A DNA stretch of 39,609 nt from a virus (IMGVR_UViG_3300032335_000729:1-39609), one strand, 5' to 3'. Shown: positions 19,101 to 29,200, numbered from the stretch's first letter. Numbers and translations are program-made. Notes: generated from the sequence alone by a model not told the origin.

Positions 19101-19396
19101 TTCTTGGCAAGAAGGATAATGTGATTATAAACTAAGTCTAGGGGACCAGTTCTCTCGTCTTTGTCACGGTGGTCAAAACGATCCTCAGTGATATATCCTT
19201 CTATGCCAAGTATTGGCTTAATGCCCTTCTCTTTTGCAGCACGATACATTTCTCTGTGACCAGATAGTGAACCGTGATCCGTGATTGCCAAGGCAGGCAT
19301 TCCCAGCTCCTGGGCACGATCTACATACTCTTGTGGTGTGGCAATGCCATCAAAAAGAGAGTAGTGTGTGTGAACGTGTAAGCCAACGTAACCCAT
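16118..19396 (-). CDS. dnaE: DNA polymerase III alpha subunit (family C)
   Basis: PHP motifs HVHTHYS.D and TDHG; GRGSSAGS, PDIDTD, HAAG, KIDALG, FQ.E, YSFNKSHA; no intein. Confidence 0.97.
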   Translation of the reverse strand: MGYVGLHVHTHYSLFDGIATPQEYVDRAQELGMPALAITDHGSLSGHREMYRAAKEKGIKPILGIEGYITEDRFDHRDKDERTGPLDLVYNHIILLAKNKKGLENLNKLNEIAWTEGFFKKPRIDYEVLEKYKEGIIVSSACPSGVLAKAIEAGELAVAKKHIKWFKDVFGDDYYIEMMPHTAAEINHVLVQLADEFGVKMIATPDCHHSHTGQKEIQELKLILNTYSNKVQKDATYEKSKKYESLMDRLDYLYGADRQMSFNKFDIHLLSHEEIKAAMEAQGIDRPDMYSNTLEVADKIQDYGIKDHLNLLPVQYQDPDGELKSLALEGLKARGLENNPEYLARLDEELKVIKDKNFGPYFLVVRSMIAWAKKEDIMVGPGRGSSAGSLLCYTLGITDIDPIKHGLLFFRFINPERNDFPDIDTDIQDNRREEVKDYLVRQYRHVASIATFLSFKDKGVVRDIARVLNIPLPDVNRVMKLVDTWDEYCTSKSTAEFRQKYPEIEKYGEQLRGRIRGTGIHAAGVVTSKEPIFRYAPMETRSSPGSDERIPVVAVDMAEAERIGLIKIDALGLKTLSVLQDTLKIIEERNKKKIDLLSVNMEDNKVYEMLSSGYTKGVFQCEATPYTNLLVKMGVKSFNELAASNALVRPGAMNTIGKDYIARKHGKQNISYHHQVMKAFTQDTYGCILYQEQVMQACTELGGMTMAEADKVRKIIGKKKDAKEFDQFKDQFVAGASRFLTPNAALDLWTDFEAHAGYSFNKSHAVAYSTLSYWTAWLKYYYPLEFMYSLLKNEKDKDARTEYLIEAKRMGIAIKLPHVNDSDADFKIEGKGIRFGLTAIKYISDNIASKYIAARPFKNYKHLEEFTFTKGSGVNSRSLQALRVIGAATFEDQPRNDDEIKENLYEYLNLPEFNITVPSHYYAFINSVEDFEEKGAFVLMGMIKSIKRGKGWSRVEILDKTGSVGIFDEEQTSIEPGRSYLLLCDNNRIVTAIPVDEIKQSESGLVKFLGYKQLPYKDDEMFVVSFKPRITKAGKKMASLTLADTARDLHSVTVFPTAFPKAYMKIQEGSAYKFSFGKTKDGTVIMEDVENV

Positions 19397-19409
19397 ATAC
19401 TTTTACCTA

Positions 19410-20066
19410 CTACCAATCAATGTTGGTAGAAGATGTTGCTGATGGGGTATCGAAGCCTAGGTAAAAAGCCTCTTGCTCTGCATAAGGAATATTACGCAAA
19501 GCTAGCTCTAGAGGGAATGGCTCAATGCTGTCCCACTTGAATGGCTCTGAATCTGGACCTGATGGGATAAGCGTGTAAGTAGTCTCAGTGCTCTGACCAC
19601 TACGCTTTAGCTTCCAGCTAAGGTTTGAGATGCTTCCTGTCTCTAGGGCAAACTCACGAATTGTGTTAAACGCTGACTGCTTGCTGATTCCCATAGACCA
19701 AATAGCCACATAAGGATCCTCAATGCCGTCGTCAACTAGCACGTTGCAGTAAAAACGAAGACGTGCCTTCCATCCTGCCTTTGGGTCTTTTCTGTGCATC
19801 TCTTCTGCCCAGTCACGTCCCTCAGTGTCCATAGTGTCTACAGCCTTACGCTTGTAGTCCTTTGGATTTGTGTGTTCCTTTACAACAATTGCAAGACCAC
19901 GCTTTGCATCGTAGCTTGGCGAATCTTCGTCTAGCTCTTCAATAAAACGAATCTTTACTGATTGTCCGTCAGCTAGCTTTAGCCAACGAACCTTGCTTCC
20001 TGTTCCTTCATACTTCGGCTTGTCAAGCAGGGCATTGATGTCTTTTAGTCCCTTAGTTACGCTCAT
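19410..20066 (-). CDS. Probable single-stranded DNA-binding protein (gp32-like)
   Basis: WLKL.DG.S..IRF and KR.G...TTY motifs with an acidic/aromatic tail; lies between primase and polymerase; strong SD. Confidence 0.65.
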   Translation of the reverse strand: MSVTKGLKDINALLDKPKYEGTGSKVRWLKLADGQSVKIRFIEELDEDSPSYDAKRGLAIVVKEHTNPKDYKRKAVDTMDTEGRDWAEEMHRKDPKAGWKARLRFYCNVLVDDGIEDPYVAIWSMGISKQSAFNTIREFALETGSISNLSWKLKRSGQSTETTYTLIPSGPDSEPFKWDSIEPFPLELALRNIPYAEQEAFYLGFDTPSATSSTNIDW

Positions 20067-20096
20067 GTTTTCTCCTATTTTTCTTTTGTTGTTTTC

Positions 20097-21041
20097 TTAT
20101 TTTAGCATATTGGCTATAGCGTTGTCAAATTTAAACTCTAAAGCCTTAATGTCTTCATCTGACATATCGCCAATATCTTTGTATTTATTATTTAGTTGTA
20201 TAACAGAAACACGAGATCCAAGCTTTTCTATCAGCCTGTTTTTCATGTTTCCGCCTGCTTCATCATTATCGGCAATGACAAGAATGTCATTGAAGTATTT
20301 TTGAAGAAGTTCTATTTGCATTCCAGACACGTTAGCTCCCAAAGTTGCTACTGCTGGAAATCCTACCTGGTCCAATCTTATTGCGTCGAAAGAAGATTCT
20401 ACCACATAAACCTTATCTGCTGTTTTAACACGGTTAAGATTGAATAGTGTTTTGCTTTTTGGTAGACCTGGAGTATTCTTAAACTCTTTACCCTCAACAG
20501 ATCTACCAACAAATCCAATAAGCATTCCGTCTGGAGAGTGTACAGGAACAGTCACCATGTCCTGCTTTTCTGAAAATCCTAAATCAAACTTTAACATAGA
20601 CTCTTTTGTAATTTTTCTTCCAAAGAAATAACTTGTTGCTCTTGGCGAGTCTAGGGCTTGCTGATGTAGTCGTTTAATTTGAACTTCGTCATACTGAACA
20701 TAGTCTGGCTTTGTGTGAAGCTGCCTAACAATTTCCTGCTCAATATTTGTTTCTTGCTCTTTGCTTTTAATAAATCGAACCGATTCAAAGTAGGTTCTGC
20801 CAGATGTAAACATTACGAATTCTGTAAGATCTGAAATCTTGTGGCAAGAAAAGCAGTAAAACATTCCAGTCTTTTTATCGATTTCTCCAGCTGGACTGCG
20901 AGAGTTGTTGTGGAAAGGGCAGAAAATAATAAAGTCAGAATCTACTTCAGACTCGACATCTATACCTGTTCCCGTGAGAATTCGCTTAATTTGCTCTTTT
21001 GTATAGAGATTACTTTTGTCCCGTCTAGTCCTATTATCCAC
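20097..21041 (-). CDS. dnaG: DNA primase (CHC2 Zn finger plus TOPRIM)
   Basis: CPFH...CFSC, GFVGR, VVESSFD, ATLG, DND.AG, KD..D. Confidence 0.92.
   Translation of the reverse strand: MDNRTRRDKSNLYTKEQIKRILTGTGIDVESEVDSDFIIFCPFHNNSRSPAGEIDKKTGMFYCFSCHKISDLTEFVMFTSGRTYFESVRFIKSKEQETNIEQEIVRQLHTKPDYVQYDEVQIKRLHQQALDSPRATSYFFGRKITKESMLKFDLGFSEKQDMVTVPVHSPDGMLIGFVGRSVEGKEFKNTPGLPKSKTLFNLNRVKTADKVYVVESSFDAIRLDQVGFPAVATLGANVSGMQIELLQKYFNDILVIADNDEAGGNMKNRLIEKLGSRVSVIQLNNKYKDIGDMSDEDIKALEFKFDNAIANMLK
20099..20128 (-). promoter_or_regulatory. Promoter embedded in the primase 3' end, upstream of the SSB gene
   Basis: TTGACA (20128-20123), N18, TAAAAT (20104-20099) with extended TG. Confidence 0.75.
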
Positions 21042-21286
21042 TCTGTTTTTTTCTTTCCTATGTATATTCCGTATATCGATAATTTAAATTCAAATATTTC
21101 TGCATGTTCATTATACCGCATTGTGAAGTCTGGGTCAATATCAAATCTTGGAACGTACCCCGCAATTTTCATTTCAGAGACTAGCAGCCTAATGTATTCA
21201 ATTTTTAATCTTGGGATAGCTGAGTCATCGTAGATGTTGCCATCTAAAGAGAATCTCTTAATGGGTTTATGGTGTAGATTGTCCAT
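20960..21286 (-). CDS. Hypothetical protein; probable leaderless start
   Basis: ATG 21286 lies 5 nt after TATAAT (21297-21292). Confidence 0.75.
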   Translation of the reverse strand: MDNLHHKPIKRFSLDGNIYDDSAIPRLKIEYIRLLVSEMKIAGYVPRFDIDPDFTMRYNEHAEIFEFKLSIYGIYIGKKKTEWIIGLDGTKVISIQKSKLSEFSREQV

Positions 21287-21291
21287 ACCCA

Positions 21292-21300
21292 ATTATAACT
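21292..21300 (-). promoter_or_regulatory. -10 box before a predicted leaderless gene
   Basis: AGTTATAAT-TGGGT-ATG; no recognisable -35. Confidence 0.5.
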
Positions 21301-22519
21301 ACTTATCTTCATAATCCTTGTACTTGTACCAACCTCTGTCAAAGTCAGCCTGGACTAAAAAGTCTCCCATAAAACCATTACGATTTTTTCTAAAAACACA
21401 CTCAAGAATATCTGAGTTTGTGGCACGGCCCATAGCTAACACCCAGTCAGCATCGTACGCTATCTGACGTGACCAAGCAGTCTGACCAAGTGTAGGAACT
21501 GTATCTAGCTTTGTTACGTCATCTGGAGTAGCTGATGAGATTGCCATAATTGGAACCTCTTCACCAATAGCCATAAGCTTTAGCTCACGAGAAAGATTCT
21601 TCATCCTGACAGTTTCGTTTTCTGACTTTTGATTTGGGCTCATGAGCTGTAGATAATCTACGATAACAAAGTCTGGCTTATACTGATCAATCTTTCCACG
21701 TAGCACAGATGGCGTAATGTCTCCACCAGTGTCATTAGAAATAATGTGGAACTCTGGCCTACCCTCGACGTTTGCCTTGTGCCAACGCTTCAAGTCTTCA
21801 ATCTCAATTTCGCCATTACTGATCTTACGGTGAGACCAAAGACCTTCGCCCATGATAGTAAACACACGATTACGAACCTCTGTCTCCGACATCTCAAGGC
21901 TAATAACCATTGGAGACTTGCCTTGCTTCCATGCCTGTACTGCGAAGTATAAAGATAGCCAAGATTTTCCAATACCTGGATAAGCTAGAAAGACTCCAAG
22001 CTGTCCTGGCATAATTCCTGCAGGAAGATAGTTATCAAATCCTGGCAACCCTGTTTTAATTCCTGCAGCACCCAAAGCCTTTTGCTTTTGAACATTCTCA
22101 AAATATGCAACTGCTGATTCAATATCTGTTACATCGATATCCCTAATTACTGCAGTATTCTTTTTTAGTTCTGAGGTTTTGGTAATTATATTTTCTAATG
22201 CCTCTGAACCCTTACCACCCTGAACATCAGCAGCAGTTGAAACAAGGATATCTTTTAGACTATCACTAAGGTATTCTGCCTGCAGCTCTTCTAAGTGATG
22301 CTTAGTAGCCCCAACATTTTCAACAATTGAAAAGTCTCTGAATTTCTCTACAACAAGACTTGCAGGAGGAACGACTCCATTTGCTTCAGAGTACTTCCTA
22401 ATAAACTGCCAAACGTCATTATGGGTACGTAAAATGTTCTCTACGTTAGCCTGCAACAAAACATGGACTTGCCTATCGCCCAAGACAGCAGATATTAATT
22501 TTGCTTCTGTGTTATTCAC
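21299..22519 (-). CDS. dnaB: Replicative DnaB-like helicase
   Basis: AYPGIGKS, SLEM, IVDYLQL, SRELK..A, IAYDAD, KNR.G. Confidence 0.93.
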   Translation of the reverse strand: MNNTEAKLISAVLGDRQVHVLLQANVENILRTHNDVWQFIRKYSEANGVVPPASLVVEKFRDFSIVENVGATKHHLEELQAEYLSDSLKDILVSTAADVQGGKGSEALENIITKTSELKKNTAVIRDIDVTDIESAVAYFENVQKQKALGAAGIKTGLPGFDNYLPAGIMPGQLGVFLAYPGIGKSWLSLYFAVQAWKQGKSPMVISLEMSETEVRNRVFTIMGEGLWSHRKISNGEIEIEDLKRWHKANVEGRPEFHIISNDTGGDITPSVLRGKIDQYKPDFVIVDYLQLMSPNQKSENETVRMKNLSRELKLMAIGEEVPIMAISSATPDDVTKLDTVPTLGQTAWSRQIAYDADWVLAMGRATNSDILECVFRKNRNGFMGDFLVQADFDRGWYKYKDYEDK

Positions 22520-22820
22520 TTAGCCACTCTTTTGCTTTCTTTCGTCTCTCTGATCGCTCTCTTAGATCCTGAACAAGTCGTTCTCTAGAAGCTATAATTG
22601 TGTCTGCATAATTTGCAAAATATTTCCAGTTTGGGCTGGGGCTGACATCGAAATAATATTCTAGCATATCGTAGCAGATATCCAAACCAAACGATTCGAT
22701 GAGTGCGTCCGATGCCCACTGCTCAACATTTAAATTTAATAATGGCTTTTCTTGATACCTTATCTTATGAAGCTTACTGTATCTGCTTAGCAAAGCCATA
22801 CGGTCTTTGCGATCTGCCAT
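22512..22820 (-). CDS. Hypothetical helical protein (possible helicase partner)
   Basis: Overlaps the dnaB start; function inferred from position only. Confidence 0.7.
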   Translation of the reverse strand: MADRKDRMALLSRYSKLHKIRYQEKPLLNLNVEQWASDALIESFGLDICYDMLEYYFDVSPSPNWKYFANYADTIIASRERLVQDLRERSERRKKAKEWLSE

Positions 22821-23029
22821 TATCTGCTTTCAATTTCAGCAGAAGCTTCTTTAACCTTTTCTGCCAGCTTATTCTCAACAAACTCATAGACACGCTCAAA
22901 TGCGTCGTTTGTAGTCTCAGCATCACGCTTGCTGTCAGAAACCTCTAGGTCAATCCTTAGCGACTGGAAGTTTCCAAGGTTTAGTGTATATCCTAGTGCT
23001 ACTTTAACTTTAGTGCTGTCGTTTTCCAT
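22820..23029 (-). CDS. Hypothetical protein, 69 aa
   Basis: TLNLGNFQSLRID beta hairpin plus helix; TAATG coupling to the next gene. Confidence 0.8.
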   Translation of the reverse strand: MENDSTKVKVALGYTLNLGNFQSLRIDLEVSDSKRDAETTNDAFERVYEFVENKLAEKVKEASAEIESR

Positions 23030-23044
23030 ACCCGTATCTTTCTG

Positions 23045-23587
23045 TTAAATAGATTCAGACCAAACTGGAATGAATCGTCCATCTTCTGTTTTAGTATAAG
23101 TCAGTATACCATCTCCCATACGCCTTGTCAACTCTTGACGTGATGGGGTTATATCGTTGGTTATTAACTTATCTAATCTTGGCCTACCCATGTGGTAGGT
23201 AGCAAGTATATCACGAATTTCCCTTACCTGTGATTCAGAGTAATAAGACCTGACCTGCCACCCTGTATCCCCGCCTTTTTGAGAGCCTGTAGGGAAAGGG
23301 ATAACACCTCTTTTCATCAAGCTGGGCATATACTTTTTATGACGATTAACTAGGGAAGCAGTCTCTCCAACTGTATATGCTCTTTCACGATTCTTTTTAA
23401 AATCAGAGATTAGGCAACTTTCTATCTGATCCTTAATAATATTATAAACAGACATAATTCCGTTTGACTTGTTTAGGTGGTGAACCCTAACCAGATCACC
23501 ATTTAAGAACCATACCTTTTTGTTCCCTGAAATTGCTGGGGCAGAGTTATACTCTGACATATGCATAGGGCCATGCTTTTTAGCCAT
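23045..23587 (-). CDS. DNA-binding protein with MerR-like winged HTH
   Basis: YTVGETASLVN...G.IP.P...R.YYSE..V pattern. Confidence 0.65.
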   Translation of the reverse strand: MAKKHGPMHMSEYNSAPAISGNKKVWFLNGDLVRVHHLNKSNGIMSVYNIIKDQIESCLISDFKKNRERAYTVGETASLVNRHKKYMPSLMKRGVIPFPTGSQKGGDTGWQVRSYYSESQVREIRDILATYHMGRPRLDKLITNDITPSRQELTRRMGDGILTYTKTEDGRFIPVWSESI

Positions 23588-23589
23588 TT

Positions 23590-24033
23590 TTAGTCTGGAA
23601 TACCTACAGCAATGATGTGTACCTTTAGGGCCAGAGACCCTCCAGTATTAAATCTCACAATACCATTGACTGATGAGTTGGTAACATTTTGAATAACAAC
23701 AGAGACATCCTGACCAGAAGAAGTTCCCTCAATTAGCACTGGGGTTACTGTTACGATTGGAGGATACTTGTACTCGCCTTTAAATGAGTAAGAAAAAGAT
23801 TGTGTGCTTTCTGCAGTTACGTTAGTCAGAGTTGGATATATAACTTTTTCTCCAGCAACAACCTTTGTGTCTGTTAGCAAGGTGCTTTCATTTCCATTAG
23901 TTGTATCTATGGATGCATACTTATATCTTGCTGAGGATATTTGAGAAGCAAGATCATTAACTGCCTCTACAATTTGATAAACATAAGAAACATCAAGGGG
24001 CTGTCCCCTGTCTGGAGTTGGAATTTTAGCCAT
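23590..24033 (-). CDS. Small beta-rich protein resembling tail-fibre tip / H-type lectin-like domains
   Basis: F...YKYPPIVTVT...V....T.......VHIIAVG pattern. Confidence 0.6.
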   Translation of the reverse strand: MAKIPTPDRGQPLDVSYVYQIVEAVNDLASQISSARYKYASIDTTNGNESTLLTDTKVVAGEKVIYPTLTNVTAESTQSFSYSFKGEYKYPPIVTVTPVLIEGTSSGQDVSVVIQNVTNSSVNGIVRFNTGGSLALKVHIIAVGIPD

Positions 24034-24038
24034 GGTTA

Positions 24039-24047
24039 ATTATAACA
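24039..24047 (-). promoter_or_regulatory. Extended -10 promoter before a predicted leaderless gene
   Basis: TGTTATAAT-TAACC-ATG; no SD. Confidence 0.7.
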
Positions 24048-24056
24048 CAACCCTAT

Positions 24057-24509
24057 CTATCTTAGTGATTTCTCAAGGGTACATAGGTTCAGTATTGGAT
24101 TAACTACCTTCTCTATGCCAGCAAGCTGAACTTTTACCCTTATATCTGTATGTGTGGATCCCCTTAGAAACGAGTAGGTCTCCGTATTAGAAGAACCAAG
24201 ATAAGAATAATTTCCCCAATCAACTGTTGAAGTTCCTACGTTATAGATGCCAAAGCTTACAAAGATATCATATTTTTGCTGTAAGTCTGATTTTCCCCAT
24301 ATCACTGATACTCCTAGAGAATCATTTAGTGCACGGATATCTCCAGATACAGGGTCTATAAGACTTGAAACATTAACCTTATGTATTGGAGACCAGTGAG
24401 AGGTTCTGTTCTTATCTTCCGAAACAATCCTGTACCTCAATAAGTATTCTCCATCTGGAGATAATGGCGGGAAATCTTGATTTTCAACAATTGCCTGTTT
24501 AACTGACAT
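24057..24509 (-). CDS. Putative virion tail protein (beta-sandwich)
   Basis: Y..RYRIVS....TSHWS is FN3-like; lies in the tail gene run. Confidence 0.6.
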   Translation of the reverse strand: MSVKQAIVENQDFPPLSPDGEYLLRYRIVSEDKNRTSHWSPIHKVNVSSLIDPVSGDIRALNDSLGVSVIWGKSDLQQKYDIFVSFGIYNVGTSTVDWGNYSYLGSSNTETYSFLRGSTHTDIRVKVQLAGIEKVVNPILNLCTLEKSLR

Positions 24510-25668
24510 TGTTTATCCCCAGATCAACATCTAGTGCAAAACGAAACTCTACCAGGTTTGCAGTGTTAGCAATTTTAACAATTGGAAGGGCATCCTGTGA
24601 CCTTACAACAGAGTATCCTGTCAGGCCATATAGAGGATTGGTAGAAGTAACGTTTTCCAATCTTAGAGCATCTAAAGCAACGTAGTAATTGTCTGTTGGA
24701 TTACCGCCTGAATCCAGAACAGATGCCCAAATTTTTACTACGTTTACAGCATTCCAAGTAAAGCTTGGGCTCTTGACTAAATCTTTTAAAGCTTTTGTTT
24801 GCACAACGTATCTATTATTTTCAAAATCATGCTGCCCAGTTCCAGTACCATTTGTTAGGTCTACCTGAAATTGAGCATAATTTGCAGCAGAGTCATCGTC
24901 AGAAGAAGCAAATTCAATCAATACCTTTACTCTGCTTGGCTCTAATGAGTCGTAAGCGTCTTTGTTTACCACAGAAAAAGCAAAACGTAATTCATCAGAT
25001 GCCGCATTTTTATTAAAGTCAAGATTTGCACCAGTTAGATGTATATGGTTAGATCCTTCAGCAGGCACCATTTTTCCACTAACAGTTGATATAGTTGATT
25101 CTCCACCAGCTATCATGATAATGTTATTTAAATAGCGACAAGATTCATATCTTGCAATTCTTGAAGCTTCTAGCAAAGTTTTGTTGTCTGCGTTAGTTTG
25201 AAAAACTGGAGATGGTTGCTGAATCTCATCTGGATCAGCTTCTGTTCCTAGTGGTTGGATTATAATTGGAATCGACGTAGCAGCAGTAGAAGTGTGATAC
25301 TCCCAGTTTTCTGTTCTTGTAAAAGAGTAAACGGGTTTGCTGTCATATGCTCCAGCTGTTGGATTAGAGCCTGATGAGTATATGCCAATTTCAGTAATCT
25401 CATATCTTTCTACTGTTGGCAACTCTGCAGTTAAAACAATTTTAGATATTCCATCTTCATTGACATAGCCCCTAGATGTTATTGGAACACGAAACATCTC
25501 AAAGTCTAGATTCTTTTTATCTAGAATTTCCTGTATGTCATTGTCTGTAAACACATAATCTATTGCCTTGGGGGACTGGCCACAGCCAAGGGCAATATGG
25601 GAGGCATAAGAAGGGGCCTGACCGATCAGGTATTTTGCCAATAAGTTTTTTCCAGAATTAGTAATCAC
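24499..25668 (-). CDS. Putative tail/baseplate protein
   Basis: N-terminal ITNSG...LA...IALG.G...ITEIG.Y resembles tail-fibre/baseplate attachment domains. Confidence 0.65.
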   Translation of the reverse strand: MITNSGKNLLAKYLIGQAPSYASHIALGCGQSPKAIDYVFTDNDIQEILDKKNLDFEMFRVPITSRGYVNEDGISKIVLTAELPTVERYEITEIGIYSSGSNPTAGAYDSKPVYSFTRTENWEYHTSTAATSIPIIIQPLGTEADPDEIQQPSPVFQTNADNKTLLEASRIARYESCRYLNNIIMIAGGESTISTVSGKMVPAEGSNHIHLTGANLDFNKNAASDELRFAFSVVNKDAYDSLEPSRVKVLIEFASSDDDSAANYAQFQVDLTNGTGTGQHDFENNRYVVQTKALKDLVKSPSFTWNAVNVVKIWASVLDSGGNPTDNYYVALDALRLENVTSTNPLYGLTGYSVVRSQDALPIVKIANTANLVEFRFALDVDLGINNVS

Positions 25669-26213
25669 GAAACATCCTCTTCATATATTGTATCATTAAA
25701 AATTTGTCCAGCAGCTATCATCTGTACCTCTATTTCATAGTCTCTTTTTAGGTTTGTAAGCTCAATAATAATTCTATTATTAACAGCATCAAAAAATACG
25801 TTATTGTCTCTAGCTATCATGTCTACGTATATTGCGTCAGGATCGTACTGTGGGGTATGAGTGTCTAGCTTTATTGCAAAGTTTTTAAAGAATGTGTCAG
25901 CTGTGTCTGGAATAGCAATTATATTTTGTGGGTTATAGGCAATCGCAACCTCTGAAATATTCTTTACTGGCTGATAGGCTATGTTTTGTCCATTAACTGT
26001 GTCATGTCTTACAAGGCTTATTAGCTCTTGTGCCCCAATTTTTTCTAAAGTTAATTTTAAGATTAGATCTACTGCTGTGTCTCCAGGATCTGAAATAATG
26101 ATATCTGGAGAAGCAGATTTTACAGACTGATCTGTCCTAGTTGGCGTTGGCAACGGAACATTTGGGGTTGGCTCTACTCTTCTACCAATAACCGAGTTAT
26201 CGTTTTCTGCCAT
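25665..26213 (-). CDS. Hypothetical virion-associated protein
   Basis: Translationally coupled within the tail module. Confidence 0.65.
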   Translation of the reverse strand: MAENDNSVIGRRVEPTPNVPLPTPTRTDQSVKSASPDIIISDPGDTAVDLILKLTLEKIGAQELISLVRHDTVNGQNIAYQPVKNISEVAIAYNPQNIIAIPDTADTFFKNFAIKLDTHTPQYDPDAIYVDMIARDNNVFFDAVNNRIIIELTNLKRDYEIEVQMIAAGQIFNDTIYEEDVS

Positions 26214-29200
26214 TAGACAACCTCACTTAGATATAATACCATTCCTGGACCAGAAACATCTTTATCATGTTGAATACTATAAACTACAAATCTTTGTTCT
26301 GGCTTAAACCAGAACTCAGCATCCTCATCCTTGTAGTCTATAGAGACTATATCTCCAAGCTGAATAGTTGGCGTTGAGAAAATTCTTACTCCAATAGATT
26401 TTCTTGGCTTTGATGTTTTAGAGATTAGCCATTCCATAACTCGAACTGCCTCGTCTCTACTTTGAATGTATGGCGACTCCAGAGAAAATTCATTTTTGCC
26501 ATAAGTAATTCTACTATTCTTGATATCATCATATAATTGTTTTTGTTTGATAGGGGACAATATCGTCATATCTTCTTTTACCTGAGGGTTAGAGAAGTCT
26601 GAAGTTTTATCAAAATAATCATCCACTGTAAGTTCGTTTCTAGAGTCTTGTGTAAATGTAATACCTTGAATTCTTAAATAATTCCCAACTTGCTCGTCAA
26701 AGAATAGGAAAGTGTCTGTAGCATTAAAGATTAGGAATTCTGCTCCGTATGCTCCAGCAAAAAATCCAGAAACCGTGTATCCACGAATCTTGTTGAATGT
26801 TGGGGATATCATTGCATACAAAGCTGGATAAGCCTTATCATACTTAACATTAAAGTAAGCAGCTTCTCTCATAATTGATCCAAATTCCTCGTAGTAAATA
26901 TTATACTTAGGTGGCTCTGCTGGATTAATTCCAGAAAGATATGTTGGCTGTATAATACCACTAATAGCGTATTTTCTAAAAGATTCATTTGCAGAAATAT
27001 TTATCTTATTTGTAAAAATTGAATTTGCTACAGGGTCTGATGCAAAGCTAGAGTTCTGGCTATAGTTGTTTGCCAAAGCATAAAGGTTTTCAAACATACA
27101 GTGAGAGCTTCCTCTAACGAATAGAGCCATATTATTTGCATTTACTAGTGGCAGAGGAGAGGTATCATCAACTGTTGCAATCTGAGTATCATTTAGATAT
27201 AGGAAGAATCTCCTGAATGATCCAAAGTCTTGGTACTCTAGAGCAAGATCGTATACCTTTGTTGTTTCTTCTGCTACTACCCTTGACTGCCCTGCAAAAT
27301 TTCCATCGTCAACGGTTATGTTAGTTAGTCCGCTCCAAAGTTTTACTGGAATCGCATCTTCACTTCTAACCAGCGTCCATTTTGTATTTGTAGATCCTGG
27401 AGAGGTTACTCGATAGTATCCATTTTGTTCGGCTATTGTTTGTCCCTTTAGCCAAATTCTTTGTCCAATTTCAACAGTAGAACCACCAATAAGCAGTGCC
27501 CCATCAACCTGTGCAGTTAAGGTTGTTACTGTATAGGCTCCAGGAAGGTTTGAGCTTGTTTCCTTATCAAAACTTTTATTCTGCATAATTTTATAAAAGA
27601 ATACGTTGGCCACACCTTCTGAGGTTGAGTATTTATCTATATTGCTTTCTGATAGTGCAGCTATTTCAAAATAATATCCGTTGTTGGTTTCTGGGTTTAA
27701 CAGGGCTGCAAGTCCTCCACTACCTCCACTAACGGCAACACTTTCTTCTGGAGTGCTTGTAGACACATTATAGTAGGTAGTTGCCCCAGCAGCAGTTTGG
27801 ATAGAAACCTCATTGTTTTCAATCTTGCCGATAATTCGCATTCTAGTTCCGAAATGCTTAAAAGAATTATTCAACGGCTTGTTGACATAAGAAATAAAAT
27901 CAATTGGGGATTCTTGTGCAGAAAAAGATGGACCGTTCATGACTAAGGCAGAAGACTGAACTGTTTCTGAAGTTGCAGATAGTTTATTTTTCCTAGAGGC
28001 CTCTTCATTATAAGAAAATGATAAATAGTTTTTTATTAAGCTGGACCTAGAGGTTTTTGTTGCTAAGCTTTTATTTTGTCCAGCTTTACCAGTACCAATT
28101 GCATTTTCAAAAACAGTATTTCCAAAAAGATATTTAGAGTCCATATTGCAACCAAAGATATTATCATTATTAGTCCAATGCTGATCTAGGCCTGCTGAAT
28201 GGTTTGCAATGGTTGTTCCAAATTGTGCTCTACCATGCTTTGCCACTGGACCATTGGCCATAACGGTTACCCCATTAAATGTCTCGTAATTTGGCTCTGC
28301 ATAAATCCTTACACGCCCAGTTGGATAAATTTTTCCATTAAACGATAGCTTGGAGAAGTAGTCTTCATATTCTTGTGCACTTGTTATCCAAACATTTCCT
28401 CCAGTAAACCTAGAGTTTATGACGCTTGATGGCAAAACCGATACGTTATATTCAACAGCATCGTATTTAATAACTTCTCCATTAGAATAAAAATATCCAT
28501 TGTATCTTCCAATATACAAAATTCCATCACCAAGATCTATGACATTATTTATCAGCTCGTGATTTACTACCTCTGGTAAAGATGTATCCAGGCTAGAGTT
28601 TAAGGGAATTGCAGCAAGGGCATACCTATTTGATGTTGCAGTTTGTCCATTAGTTGGCTTAAGCTGCTCTGTGCCAGCAACCTCCCATAGCAAGGCTGGC
28701 TTATATATCCAAGTAATGTCTTTATCGGCAACGTAAGCCTGCTTTATGGACCCCATGGTTTTTTGAATATACCTGTTGATATAAGAAATTTTTCCATCAT
28801 TATAAACATTGTTTTCTTGTGAGCTTATGTCTACAATGTTGCCAATGGTTGTTATAGAAGATGCCTTTTGGTTTTCTACTATGCCGCTTTTTGTTTGGTC
28901 TTTTGACCCAACTAAAACAAAGTCAGGCTTCCGTTCAGACTCTGATGGCAAAATATAGTTTTTGCTCATCATAATAAAATTATTATACTCATCAAAAAAC
29001 ATTGCTGTCTGAGTAGCTTTTGCTAAGTCTTGCAAAACTTCTGCAACGCTTTTATCTGGAGCGACAAAAAAGTATGGAATGATTGGGTCAGATTCCCCAG
29101 GAATTCTCTTAAAGGAATAATTAGAAAATCCAATATTGTCAAATATGGTCGACATTGCATATGACAGAGATACGTTAGGAATCAAAAGCTCTGGGGCACT

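Noticed and set aside
25687-25695. Possible extended -10 (TGATACAAT) before the 389-aa gene
   Set aside because: No -35 and lies in AT-rich coding sequence; too weak to list as a feature.
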